Source: a virus
Taxonomy: Duplodnaviria; Caudoviricetes
Length of the DNA: 64,000 nt
Strand: one strand, 5' to 3'
IMG/VR virus record: IMGVR_UViG_3300029288_000006
Span: 28,275-92,274 of that record
Positions 1-9,971 of the stretch are shown here, piece after piece. How positions within the stretch are numbered: position 1 is the first letter of the stretch; each line of letters begins with the position of its first letter. Made by a program: the position numbers and the translations under genes. The notes beneath the pieces were generated by a model. That model worked only from the letters and a program-made list of their open reading frames with translations. It had not been told where the DNA came from and did no database searches.

Positions 1-1633
1 AACATTTTCTTTTTTGTAATGAAAGTATATGATCTTCGTTGACTATATAATCTTTTGCCCCACGACATTGTCTAATCTTGTACATATAACCATAACCATT
101 TATGGTATTTAATACTGTTCTATGAGTACCATCAATACCCATTACTTTATCACCAATAATAATATTTTCTATGGGTTTTAATTCCCCACTGTGCATAACT
201 ACCAACGTACCTTTTATTAAACACTTTGCTATTATCTGAAATCTAGCCATATCATCAGGCAAACTTATCCCGCGTTCCATACTCGGACTAACTAATATCA
301 TTGGTTGATCTGTTCTTCTGAATTCCTCCAATACATCCATGCGCGTTTCTGTATTATGTATCATCATACGCGGACTAATTTCTTTTATTTTATATGCCAG
401 TCTATAGTTGGATGTATGTATTAACCCCTTATGATCTTTATGTATATCTATAATTTCCTTTATTCTCACTAGTAATTTATTTATTTCTTCATCCGTAACT
501 TTGGAATTGATTCTTGCTACTGGATTAATATATATCGGTCTATTTTCTATTCTAAAATTACTTGGTACTTCCATATAATCTATTTCTTTAACTGGTATAC
601 CTAAAGTTTTAGATATAGAACTTAAGTCTGGGAATGTTGCACTCATAAGAATAATTTTTTTACCATGACGTTTTAATACATCATTTGTCATGGTAGAACT
701 AATCCATACTGGTTTAAATACATGGTATGGGTTCATTGAATCTGGATTAACTATATCATAAATCCAAGATTCATCCACGGAACTTATAAAACTCTTTAGT
801 TTATTTAATGTACCAGAAAAGTATTCATCTTCTTTCTTGGTTAATGTTTCTAATGTTATTTTTTCTTTATATTCTATGTCAATTTTTTTTACTATTTCTT
901 TAGCCCATAGTTTCCATGATACTATACCACCCTTAGCTGTTGCTGTTTTATATCTAGGTATTCCCACACCATACTTTTTAATCATATTCTCGGATATAGA
1001 AAACTGTATAAACCCCAATAATTCTTTTTCTAATACATCTGCTTCGTCACATACTATTAGAGAATTATTAGAAAACCCACCAACGTAATTAGATTCTAAT
1101 AAAAAGTATACATAGTTTAATACCCTGAGTTTACTTGCTAATGCTTTATTCTTTTGTTTAATATATAAACACTGATCATAAAAATCACATGTTGGTAAAT
1201 ATCCCTTGCAAGAATTTATTCCCACACATTTATCTATCTTACCATCAGCACCAATCAATCTATAACATACATCAGTATCAACGTTCATACACTTGGATGG
1301 ATTAATAAATGCACAATCCGCACAACTTACCCCACAATTATGTAAACATGGGTAATTATTTTTACCCATTAGAATAGTAAACTCAGGGAAATCTTCCATA
1401 ATTTGTTGTTGAAGGGTTTTGGAATGTACAAGATAAGTAGAATCTCCCGCTAATTTACAACATATAGCGCCACTTAAAGACTTGCCAAATCCAGTTGGGC
1501 ATTCAAGTACCACTATATTTTTATCTGAATTCATGGCAAACATAATAACTTCAGCTTGATTCTCTCTGAATTCTTTGCCCTTAAATTTGCTGAATGAGTC
1601 TCTTGCTTTTTCTATGTCCTTAATGTTTACCAT
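1..1633 (-). CDS. DinG/Rad3/XPD-family SF2 helicase (3' end runs off window)
   Basis: Not in the ORF track because it is open to the window edge. Read manually from ATG 1633: MVNIKDIEKARDSF..FRENQ (Q motif), ECPTGFGKS (Walker A), Cys-rich segment, VCDEAD (motif II), QSCGRGKR (motif VI). Confidence 0.88.
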   Translation of the reverse strand, partial: MVNIKDIEKARDSFSKFKGKEFRENQAEVIMFAMNSDKNIVVLECPTGFGKSLSGAICCKLAGDSTYLVHSKTLQQQIMEDFPEFTILMGKNNYPCLHNCGVSCADCAFINPSKCMNVDTDVCYRLIGADGKIDKCVGINSCKGYLPTCDFYDQCLYIKQKNKALASKLRVLNYVYFLLESNYVGGFSNNSLIVCDEADVLEKELLGFIQFSISENMIKKYGVGIPRYKTATAKGGIVSWKLWAKEIVKKIDIEYKEKITLETLTKKEDEYFSGTLNKLKSFISSVDESWIYDIVNPDSMNPYHVFKPVWISSTMTNDVLKRHGKKIILMSATFPDLSSISKTLGIPVKEIDYMEVPSNFRIENRPIYINPVARINSKVTDEEINKLLVRIKEIIDIHKDHKGLIHTSNYRLAYKIKEISPRMMIHNTETRMDVLEEFRRTDQPMILVSPSMERGISLPDDMARFQIIAKCLIKGTLVVMHSGELKPIENIIIGDKVMGIDGTHRTVLNTINGYGYMYKIRQCRGAKDYIVNEDHILSLQKRKC

Positions 1634-1777
1634 ATATTACTATCCAAAGTTATGGGTTTTTTATTTCTAAATCTGTACGAAACTTTTTTGCAAGTTAAAC
1701 AATTAGATATAACATCATGTTTACTACACCATAATATTATATTATTATTTATAACCTTATATGTAGAATATACGCAT

Positions 1778-2368
1778 TTACTTTTCTTTTTTATCACCAT
1801 TGGATATATCTACACTTTTTAATTGTTTATATGCATAGGTTAATGAATCCAGTACATATCGTTCCAGCATTTCCCTATCTTCATTCATGTAATAATGAAT
1901 TCCATATTTAACCCTGATACATTTCAGAAATCCACGTACATGTTCATGTGTAAGTTTTGTTGGGATAGATGGGTTATATAAATCATATTCATCCACCTGT
2001 ATTACTAACGCAGAAAAATACATATTGCTCATTGCTTCTAACTTCTTAGTAGTTTTAATTCTTTCACTACCTATATAACTAAAAAAATCACTCTCGCATT
2101 TACGTTCTATTGCTACTTTGGTTTCCAATCCCATGATTGTATAGTCACCAATCTTAACCGTATCACGTATTACAGCTAAACCTTTTGGTATGGGATCGAA
2201 TAATGGATATTGTTCACGAGTATCTACTACAATTACAAATCCATCGGGAATGTCGGTAGGTTTCCAGAGTACAGAATTAAAACAATCAAGTTTATTTTGA
2301 ACAGTTTGCGATACTGTTTTTCTTTTAATTATCTTCTTGGGTTTATTTGCTCTATCTCTAATATTCAT
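1778..2368 (-). CDS. ERCC4/XPF-family structure-specific nuclease (possible resolvase)
   Basis: VDTREQ, GDY and IERK..SDF motifs. Confidence 0.88.
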   Translation of the reverse strand: MNIRDRANKPKKIIKRKTVSQTVQNKLDCFNSVLWKPTDIPDGFVIVVDTREQYPLFDPIPKGLAVIRDTVKIGDYTIMGLETKVAIERKCESDFFSYIGSERIKTTKKLEAMSNMYFSALVIQVDEYDLYNPSIPTKLTHEHVRGFLKCIRVKYGIHYYMNEDREMLERYVLDSLTYAYKQLKSVDISNGDKKEK

Positions 2369-2410
2369 AAAGTAACTCCAATTAAGTAATGGATTTCTAT
2401 GTTATATATT

Positions 2411-2659
2411 TTATGTATTTAATTTCTTAAAATTGTACCATGATCCAATTCCGCAAGAAGTACATTTTACTTCTATAATATCACCGACTTCAAAACCGAA
2501 TGTTTCTTCTGGTACTTTGGGCAACCATACAAAATCATCTCTACCCATAACCTTATATGAAAAGCTATCATTACTGTCATCATCAATAACTGTTTTAAAT
2601 ATTTCTACCTTATTCCCATTATCTTCATAAAACATTTTGTATACTTCGTCATTAGCCAT
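2411..2659 (-). CDS. hypothetical protein
   Basis: Co-oriented ORF with GGGAG RBS. Confidence 0.55.
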   Translation of the reverse strand: MANDEVYKMFYEDNGNKVEIFKTVIDDDSNDSFSYKVMGRDDFVWLPKVPEETFGFEVGDIIEVKCTSCGIGSWYNFKKLNT

Positions 2660-2694
2660 GTAATATTCTCCCGTGTTTAAATTTTTAATTAAGA

Positions 2695-3108
2695 TTAAAT
2701 ATCTGGTAAATCTATACCATCTATTGTATGCTTAGAATTTTCTATTCTTTCTTCACACTTAATAATCGCACCTGATATTCTATTAATAGCATCATGTCTT
2801 AATTCATTTACCATAGAATCTCTATATGTTGCGCTTGCCAGACAATTCAATTCATTCATTACTATTTCTAATACCTCATGTAACGCACAATATTTCAATG
2901 AATGAGATGCACTGCGATTCTTTCTTATAGTTATATTAGCTTGTTTAGCTTGAAAATAACATTCTGTTTGTGCATCTGCATGAACGGGTAAACTATTATT
3001 ACAGAAACAATGCACATCCCAATTCCCCAACCCAAATAACTCACAATATTGTTTCACGGATTCTTGGAATTGTATGAAATCTTCTTCTGTTGTTTTTATT
3101 GACTTCAT
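2695..3108 (-). CDS. HExxE zincin-like protein, paralog 1
   Basis: DF..FQ...FGL.NW N-terminus, ALHEVLE, distal H; similar to 4684-5142 and 45803-46282. Confidence 0.6.
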   Translation of the reverse strand: MKSIKTTEEDFIQFQESVKQYCELFGLGNWDVHCFCNNSLPVHADAQTECYFQAKQANITIRKNRSASHSLKYCALHEVLEIVMNELNCLASATYRDSMVNELRHDAINRISGAIIKCEERIENSKHTIDGIDLPDI

Positions 3109-3133
3109 AGGATACCCTTAAAATAATGTTCGA

Positions 3134-3418
3134 TTAATGGTCGCCCAACAATGGTAGTGTTTGACCTGCTCTTCGCATGTAATCTTCGTCACTGTCATGT
3201 TTATAATTTATAAAATGATTCAATCTATGCAATAATTCAATAGCCATTTCCATGTGTGCATAAGAATGATTGGCCCATTTATCTATTTCTGATAAAAATC
3301 CACTACCGTCCATATATTCTAGTTTTTCTGGTGGCATATTAAGACTACTCATCGCGCTAGTCAATTCTTTAATAGCTCCATACAATAATCCTGCATAATC
3401 ATTTCTCGGTTCACTCAT
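3134..3418 (-). CDS. hypothetical protein
   Basis: Co-oriented, tightly packed ORF. Confidence 0.55.
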   Translation of the reverse strand: MSEPRNDYAGLLYGAIKELTSAMSSLNMPPEKLEYMDGSGFLSEIDKWANHSYAHMEMAIELLHRLNHFINYKHDSDEDYMRRAGQTLPLLGDH

Positions 3419-3426
3419 TATATATA

Positions 3427-3795
3427 TTACTCTTTCCCAATCAATGTCTTTATCTTATTAACAGTTACACCAATAGAGAACGCACTTTCCTTGAGTGAAT
3501 CTAATAATTTAACCACCGAATCATTATCCTTTTCTCTAACTGTTTCATCCACTACTCTTGCTATTGGATTTCTTGCATTCATAAGTTCTTCTTTAATTAA
3601 TTCACAGCCATATCCATCATATACCATTTCCCCTACACATATTATTTCACAATATTTTACAACAAACCATCCTTCATATCCTATATGTACACCATCGGGT
3701 AAATCAATTATATCACCACATTCATAATCTTTCATCTCACAATTAGTACTTTTAATTTTAATTCCATGTACAGTATCATATGTTCCCATTAACAT
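3427..3795 (-). CDS. hypothetical phage protein
   Basis: Co-oriented ORF overlapping the end of the ligase gene. Confidence 0.55.
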   Translation of the reverse strand: MLMGTYDTVHGIKIKSTNCEMKDYECGDIIDLPDGVHIGYEGWFVVKYCEIICVGEMVYDGYGCELIKEELMNARNPIARVVDETVREKDNDSVVKLLDSLKESAFSIGVTVNKIKTLIGKE

Positions 3796-4687
3796 TGTCT
3801 CCCACGATCAACTTTTTCTTATACCATTCTGGAAATCCAGCGATTAACTTATTCCTTATATCTCTACAAAAATAAGAAAACAATTCTTGAGTAATTTCTT
3901 CCCTACATTCCTTTATAACATCATCCTGAATTTCTTTTATCAATATACCAATATCTTTTGGACTATCTTCTAACTCTCCATTATCTCTCAAGTGTTGTAT
4001 TGCTTTTTCCCATCTCGCTTCTGTACCATATTCTTTACCAATTTTCTCTACTATATTAGAGAATCCAGTCTTACTTTCTATTTTATGTTTCTCTTTGAAT
4101 TTTTCTGATACTAATTTTCCCATCAACACTTTATCATCTTCACCAAATGATTTATAATTTTTAATAACTACACCCTCTATATTAACACCACCCAAGATAG
4201 ATTCCGTATCAAATAATTTAATCAATTCATTATACAATTCTTCTCTGGATATGGTAAGTATAAATTGTGCAAGTAACGGAGCGACCTCTAATCCAATCCT
4301 ATTAGCTTCATACTTCTTTTCTTCGTATGATAAAAAATCCTGATTACCCCTCTCTATATCAAATATAATAATATTTTTGTTCGGAGTTCTACTATAGTTT
4401 AATACATTATGATGTGGTACACGTAAATATTCACCCCTATAAATCCAATCATTACATAAATTTAATGTTAATATTTGTTCTATTGCCATCCCGAACATAC
4501 TATCTGGTTTATTAATATCTATTTGTTTATTCTTTGATCGTACATGATAACCATTTGAATCTTTCATGAATGATATTTGGGAACCATCTAATTTTTCTTC
4601 AATGTATACTTCACTATCAAATAATTTTCCTAATAATTTATGACCAAAAGTATGTATAGATGGGTACGAATGAATCATTGAACTCAT
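3776..4687 (-). CDS. ATP-dependent RNA ligase family protein (Rnl2-like nucleotidyltransferase)
   Basis: Motif I EEKLDGSQ, YRGEY, IFDI, motif IV EGVVIK, motif V KLVSEKFKE. Confidence 0.85.
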   Translation of the reverse strand: MSSMIHSYPSIHTFGHKLLGKLFDSEVYIEEKLDGSQISFMKDSNGYHVRSKNKQIDINKPDSMFGMAIEQILTLNLCNDWIYRGEYLRVPHHNVLNYSRTPNKNIIIFDIERGNQDFLSYEEKKYEANRIGLEVAPLLAQFILTISREELYNELIKLFDTESILGGVNIEGVVIKNYKSFGEDDKVLMGKLVSEKFKEKHKIESKTGFSNIVEKIGKEYGTEARWEKAIQHLRDNGELEDSPKDIGILIKEIQDDVIKECREEITQELFSYFCRDIRNKLIAGFPEWYKKKLIVGDNVNGNI

Positions 4688-5142
4688 TTATGACTTTCCC
4701 CTTCTTTAACACAGCCTGTATCCATATAACTTATCTCTTTCGCACATCTCCTATTCATGTCTCCCTCAAATACTATATTCTCCATGATTCTAATAAATGA
4801 ATGTATGGCAGTTTCTATCTTATCTTTCGATGCAAATCTTTCATTTGCTAGTATACTGATCTCAGCTAGTAATATTTCCATAACTTCATGGAATGCACTA
4901 CGTCTAATCAAATATTCACTTGGTTTAATTGAATACCACAAAAATGGTAACACTAATGTAGCGATATGAGATTGTGGTTCTATGTAACACAATGCTCTAT
5001 CGGTTTCTTCATCATATAGATTATGCTTGAACATAATCTCCCAATTAGTGAGACCGAATTTATTAATCCAATATAAACTTTCTTGTTGAAACACATTAAA
5101 ATCAGTCTCACTTGTTTCATATTTCTTATTACTATCAGACAT
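4684..5142 (-). CDS. HExxE zincin-like protein, paralog 2
   Basis: DFNVFQ..YW..KFGLTNWEI, SAFHEVME, distal IHSFI. Confidence 0.6.
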   Translation of the reverse strand: MSDSNKKYETSETDFNVFQQESLYWINKFGLTNWEIMFKHNLYDEETDRALCYIEPQSHIATLVLPFLWYSIKPSEYLIRRSAFHEVMEILLAEISILANERFASKDKIETAIHSFIRIMENIVFEGDMNRRCAKEISYMDTGCVKEGESHK

Positions 5143-5163
5143 GATAACCCCATGATATAAGAT

Positions 5164-5700
5164 TTACATTCCACCCCGCACAGTTTCCATGGCATTGCAC
5201 TCTTGAATATTTTCTATTGCCTCACATTTAATACTCTTTCTATCTTCGTAATCCCGAACTCTCATGGTAAATCTTTCAACATCATCTTTTATACTATCGG
5301 GAATCTTTCCAAACTTACCAGACAGTGCTCTATTGATAGCCACCATAGTACCAAATTCCTTATTAAACCTATCTTTCTTACAACACTTAGACCAACCAAC
5401 ATAAATAGAATCATTAAATTTAATGGCTACCATAACACCAATATTATATGTTGTCATGGGGTTAATGATATCTAGTATGCCTTCGATTGTTTTATCACTA
5501 TCACCATCACTAATTAATTTATCAACTAACTGAGTAACTCGTTTTTCATGTTTATGAGACCATGTATTGTTATTTGATTCTCTCTTAATATACTGTTTAA
5601 AGACAATAGAATATCCATCATCACAACTATTAGTTTTGTTATCAACTTCTACTGTAGAATCCATAACTTTTGGCGGTAATATTCTTTTCCACCACATCAT
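5164..5700 (-). CDS. conserved phage protein (GWSxC..DxF...G..VA..RA motif)
   Basis: The motif is recurrent in phage hypothetical proteins. Confidence 0.5.
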   Translation of the reverse strand: MMWWKRILPPKVMDSTVEVDNKTNSCDDGYSIVFKQYIKRESNNNTWSHKHEKRVTQLVDKLISDGDSDKTIEGILDIINPMTTYNIGVMVAIKFNDSIYVGWSKCCKKDRFNKEFGTMVAINRALSGKFGKIPDSIKDDVERFTMRVRDYEDRKSIKCEAIENIQECNAMETVRGGM

Positions 5701-5710
5701 GAACTTCTCC

Positions 5711-6007
5711 TCAACTAAATTTAGTTAGGTGAATCTCAATTATTTCTACATCATCTGGCATAACTTTGCGATAACAAGGGACATTACGCGATGTATATGG
5801 GAACCCATGAAAATTAGGATTTCGTATACTATTACCAATAGAATTTAATATTGCACTGTGTGATCTAAAAACAAATGCCTCATTAATTGATTCAACTAAT
5901 TTTCTATGATATTTTGTTTTTAATTTGGGATACAATGTAGGGCAACAATAAGATTTTTTATGAGTACCCAAAAACAATCCAGATACTTTGTCTTTTACTA
6001 TAAACAT
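5711..6007 (-). CDS. hypothetical protein
   Basis: Co-oriented ORF. Confidence 0.5.
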   Translation of the reverse strand: MFIVKDKVSGLFLGTHKKSYCCPTLYPKLKTKYHRKLVESINEAFVFRSHSAILNSIGNSIRNPNFHGFPYTSRNVPCYRKVMPDDVEIIEIHLTKFS

Positions 6008-6010
6008 TTA

Positions 6011-6280
6011 TTACCCACCTATTCCACGCATACCGCACCACCGCAATACATAGTCTCTGCAACTATTGTCTTGTCTTGGTTTTGATTTTTTAACCGATGT
6101 AATAACAAATAAAGCATCTTGACCACAATCATCACATTTTACTTTACCACGTAAGGGAGTTTTTGATAAATTAATAACATAAATTTTCTTACCATATAAA
6201 TACATATTCCTGTTATTACATTTATAAATCCCAGTACGTAAATTATGTAATGATCTGGTCATTGTATTAAACTTCTCCAT
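6011..6280 (-). CDS. hypothetical protein with CxxC
   Basis: AGGAGG RBS; CDDC motif. Confidence 0.55.
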   Translation of the reverse strand: MEKFNTMTRSLHNLRTGIYKCNNRNMYLYGKKIYVINLSKTPLRGKVKCDDCGQDALFVITSVKKSKPRQDNSCRDYVLRWCGMRGIGG

Positions 6281-6302
6281 TTTTTTCCTCCTTTAAATTT
6301 TA

Positions 6303-6334
6303 TGGGGTAAGAAATATATCAATCTCTTACCCCA
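6303..6334 (-). terminator. stem-loop downstream of SSB-like gene
   Basis: TGGGGTAAGA/TCTTACCCCA 10-bp inverted repeat; the U-tract is weak. Confidence 0.5.
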
Positions 6335-6373
6335 CTAATTTACCCATTACATTTACTTCTAACTTATTTTATT

Positions 6374-6901
6374 TTACTTCCCCCACGCCTCTGTTGCAGT
6401 TGTACCAACTTTCTTACCGGCGGGAGAAATCTTTTTAACACGTATATAATCGCGCGTTTCTTCACCAACCTTAACTTTATTCATCTCGGTCGTGAAGGTA
6501 GCAATTTTATCTGTGAGTTTGAGTTTTAAATCGTCAACAACATTACTGATAATAGAATCGTCAAACAATGTATCGAATGCCGCATACTTTTTAGTAAAGA
6601 AATCCGTTACGGTTCCGGCAGCATCAGCAGTATCAATGATAGTGCAGAGTTGATCGAAAGACCTATCTTTTTGCCATGCTTCACCATCAACAAACAGAGA
6701 AATAAAGAATCTCTTCCCGTCATTATCACCTTCGATAACCGCGACTGGAATATTAATTCTCCTACTTCCAGTTTCCTCATTCTTTACCAGATCAATTCCC
6801 TCATCATACCGACCCAAATAAGTACCTGGAGTTGGTTGCTGAGCACCACCAAATTCGCCTGCACCATCTTTACCATACTTCACGCGACTTTTGATTTCCA
6901 T
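6374..6901 (-). CDS. putative single-stranded DNA-binding protein (DUF669-like OB fold)
   Basis: PGTY..G..GKRFF pattern and aromatic C-terminal tail (AWGK); lies directly downstream of a Sak4-like ATPase. Confidence 0.6.
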   Translation of the reverse strand: MEIKSRVKYGKDGAGEFGGAQQPTPGTYLGRYDEGIDLVKNEETGSRRINIPVAVIEGDNDGKRFFISLFVDGEAWQKDRSFDQLCTIIDTADAAGTVTDFFTKKYAAFDTLFDDSIISNVVDDLKLKLTDKIATFTTEMNKVKVGEETRDYIRVKKISPAGKKVGTTATEAWGK

Positions 6902-6999
6902 AACACACTCCCAATGATAGATAGATAATTAAAATAACCGAAACAACTATAGATGTTATACTTCTAATAAATTATTGTACAACTAAAATTACCCAACAA

Positions 7000-7848
7000 T
7001 CATACTGTTTTCGCCTGAGCATCACCCCTTTTTGTTTTACTTTCTTCGCATGGATTTTCATAACTACCGAACATAAATCCTATTATATATCTAATCAGCG
7101 CGTCAAATGGCCCGACTGCTTGTGTTGCACCCTCCGGTAATACACCAGTCCATTTACAATATATATCTGGCATACCATGAAAATATACTTTTGCGGGATA
7201 AATTGGTTGTACATTCTCATCATACCGTGGTTCCAACCAACCAACATAATCAAAGAATGCACCCATATTGTCACCAAACTTTTTACCATCTACCAGAGGA
7301 GCGTTTAAATGTCTACGTCCCCACGATGGACTGGAATCATGTAAAAAAGTACATATAACAAGTTTACCCAAATCGGATAGTCTGCCTAATGGCGCGATCA
7401 ATCTATACATCTGTCCAGCCAATGCACCCCATCCCTCAAACTCTTTTTTGGTAGACAGAATAAGAGATTTTAATTCTTTCTTTTTATCATCATCTCTTGC
7501 CGCAAATGTTTCATCTTCTATTTCTTGTGACAAATGAATATTCATAAGCTGAGAGATTGAGTCAACTACTACGGTATCATAGTTTACAAAGTTTGCATCA
7601 TTTTCTAGAAACTTTTTTAATTCACCAAATGATTCATATCCAAGAGTATCAACTGGATGTTTAGTTAAATTCCTACCTGAAGTTCTCAATGAGATATTCG
7701 CATTTCTATTTTCTGCTTTAATATACAACATTCTACCAGGTATATATTTAAATACATTTACTGTTTTACCCACACCAGTTTCGCCATATAGACCTATTAA
7801 TGCTCCTGTTGATTTAGTATCTTGAATCGGAATGGGAACTAGAGACAT
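7000..7848 (-). CDS. Sak4-like / AAA_24 phage NTP-binding recombination protein
   Basis: LYGETGVGKT Walker A, YDTVVVDSIS Walker B, GWG..A, FDYVG. Confidence 0.8.
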   Translation of the reverse strand: MSLVPIPIQDTKSTGALIGLYGETGVGKTVNVFKYIPGRMLYIKAENRNANISLRTSGRNLTKHPVDTLGYESFGELKKFLENDANFVNYDTVVVDSISQLMNIHLSQEIEDETFAARDDDKKKELKSLILSTKKEFEGWGALAGQMYRLIAPLGRLSDLGKLVICTFLHDSSPSWGRRHLNAPLVDGKKFGDNMGAFFDYVGWLEPRYDENVQPIYPAKVYFHGMPDIYCKWTGVLPEGATQAVGPFDALIRYIIGFMFGSYENPCEESKTKRGDAQAKTV

Positions 7849-7889
7849 AAATATACTCCTTATATTATACTACAAGTTAATTGTGTTGT

Positions 7890-8537
7890 TTAACTTTTTG
7901 TATTAGTTTTGCTCATATTGTGATTATAACTATCTTGAATATTACCAGTATCGCCAGTTGATCTGTAACTTGATACTGCACCACTTACCGCTGAATACAT
8001 ACACATAGTTCCAATATGAGTCGCATCATACGTAGCTGATTTATATATACCAATACTAGAACCGGATTTAATTGCGTCTTGATTAGACCCTACAAATATA
8101 AATTCCCATTTATATTTATTTTTCTGATGCTCGATTTTATCAAAGATTTGTTTGTGATTATATTCCATACTATTATTTTCTTCACCATCAGTTATAACAA
8201 CAAATATAACTTTAGATGGACGCTCTGATTCTGGTATATAATTCAATCTTCTTCCAACGTCATCAATAGTTCTTCCCATAGCATCTAATAGCGCAGTCAT
8301 ACCACCGGGTATATAATTAGATTGATTAAACTTTTCTACATTCTCTAACTTGACACCATTATACTTAATTTTATAATTACCATGAGAATCAAATAACACA
8401 AGACTTAGCTTTGCATTACCCGGAGTATTAATTTGATCATCAAGAAACGAATTGAACCCACCAATAGCATCATACTTTGTTGATTCCATAGAACCAGACT
8501 TATCAACAATCACTACAATCTCTGTGTAATCTTTCAT
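7890..8537 (-). CDS. von Willebrand factor A domain protein
   Basis: MIDAS motif DKSGSM, GGMTALLDA, VITDGEEN. Confidence 0.9.
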   Translation of the reverse strand: MKDYTEIVVIVDKSGSMESTKYDAIGGFNSFLDDQINTPGNAKLSLVLFDSHGNYKIKYNGVKLENVEKFNQSNYIPGGMTALLDAMGRTIDDVGRRLNYIPESERPSKVIFVVITDGEENNSMEYNHKQIFDKIEHQKNKYKWEFIFVGSNQDAIKSGSSIGIYKSATYDATHIGTMCMYSAVSGAVSSYRSTGDTGNIQDSYNHNMSKTNTKS

Positions 8538-8740
8538 AATATATACTCCTTAACCAAATGAAGTTTACCGCCCTTACTAGCAATCCAATTATAAATATTA
8601 TCTATCTTTTTACCTATCATCCAACGGGCAATCGGGGCAACATCTATGACCAACCCATTATGTGTTTCTATTCCATAGCAAGCATATGACAAAGTTACTT
8701 GATAAAGATTATTATTATTAATATTAAACAACTGGTTCAT
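8534..8740 (-). CDS. hypothetical phage protein
   Basis: Coupled ORF containing APIARWMIGK. Confidence 0.55.
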   Translation of the reverse strand: MNQLFNINNNNLYQVTLSYACYGIETHNGLVIDVAPIARWMIGKKIDNIYNWIASKGGKLHLVKEYIL

Positions 8741-8966
8741 TCTCTTTATACAACATCTTTCTTGGACTATTGGATTTTATTTCACCTAACAATTCTTTAA
8801 TTGTATTTATCTTAGTCCATTGCCATTGTTCTAATTCATGATGTTCCATTTTGATAACAGTCAATAAAAATTCTAATGCCTTGAATAGTTCATTTCTTTC
8901 ATGTATCAATCCACTCAATTGTTTATAGCTAACAGTAACAGTATCATTTTTAATTAGTCTTTGCAA
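8724..8966 (-). CDS. hypothetical protein
   Basis: Overlapping, co-oriented ORF. Confidence 0.5.
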   Translation of the reverse strand: MQRLIKNDTVTVSYKQLSGLIHERNELFKALEFLLTVIKMEHHELEQWQWTKINTIKELLGEIKSNSPRKMLYKENEPVV

Positions 8967-9966
8967 TTTCCTTCTCCCACGGTTTCTCTCTCCTCACAAA
9001 ATTTTCCAAATTCATCTTACCATTTAACTCACACACAACATTTAACATTGGACACGTAGTTCCCCACTTTTCACATGAAGTTTCATCATGATAATATGAA
9101 TCTCTTTCCATCATCTCTCTAATTTCTCTAATAATAATACCATAACGTTCGTTAAGTCCAACTAAATCGAATTCATTTCTGTAAAATATCTTACCGAACA
9201 TATGTTTGCTTTTATCTAATCCAATTAAATAATAACTTGGACGTTTGATTAGATCACCATAGACTCTGCGTTCAAACATATCAGATGTTTCATTATCTTT
9301 AACTTTTAATTGTGGTTTCCGCGCAACTTCCATAATAACATATTCAAGTTTCTCATCCACCAGAAAGTAAGTACCAATCTGCGAGAGTATATGAAATGGA
9401 TGAGTTATGTACATATCTGGATAACCAGTAAATTTACTCTCTACAAAATGATTATCATACAATCTATCATAAAATCCATGAATTAATATATCACCATTTA
9501 TACTATCATATCTGGAATACTGAAACTCTTTTTGTAATCCTACAAATCCATCTAGATTTGGTTCAATAAATTCTTGCATACCCCTTACAAATCCATTCAC
9601 CATAGCTAGATTAAATTCATTTATCTTAGATGATTCTATATAATCATGTAAATGTTTTCTGTAATCAGTATCATTCTCATACATTCCACCAACCATAATA
9701 TCGTACATCTTACCCATTTTCATGGGAGAAGTAACCAAATCATCACGAGTAGTAAGACCGGCGATATGTTTAATATAGAATAATCTACGACATTTGAGAT
9801 AATCCTGAATTGCTGAATGAGATAGTTTAATAGAATAATGTTTGAGTGCTTCTACACATCTAAACATACTTGGTAACTTACAATATCCAGCTTCTTTAGT
9901 ATTTGTGTTGGGAATATAATGAGCACATGGAGAGTTAGGTATAGGTATTATCTTAGGACAATTCAT
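8950..9966 (-). CDS. PD-(D/E)XK (Cas4/RecB-like) exonuclease
   Basis: LSHSAIQDYLKC, GFYD..ESKFT, QIGTY and C-terminal cysteines; sits in the Sak4/SSB module. Confidence 0.8.
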   Translation of the reverse strand: MNCPKIIPIPNSPCAHYIPNTNTKEAGYCKLPSMFRCVEALKHYSIKLSHSAIQDYLKCRRLFYIKHIAGLTTRDDLVTSPMKMGKMYDIMVGGMYENDTDYRKHLHDYIESSKINEFNLAMVNGFVRGMQEFIEPNLDGFVGLQKEFQYSRYDSINGDILIHGFYDRLYDNHFVESKFTGYPDMYITHPFHILSQIGTYFLVDEKLEYVIMEVARKPQLKVKDNETSDMFERRVYGDLIKRPSYYLIGLDKSKHMFGKIFYRNEFDLVGLNERYGIIIREIREMMERDSYYHDETSCEKWGTTCPMLNVVCELNGKMNLENFVRREKPWEKEIAKTN

Positions 9967-9971
9967 TTTCC

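Noticed and set aside
6314-6326. Identical 13-mer GAGATTGATATAT in two hairpins (6314-6326 minus; 57853-57865 plus)
   Set aside because: An AT-rich 13-mer match is expected by chance in a sequence this size, and there are only two instances.
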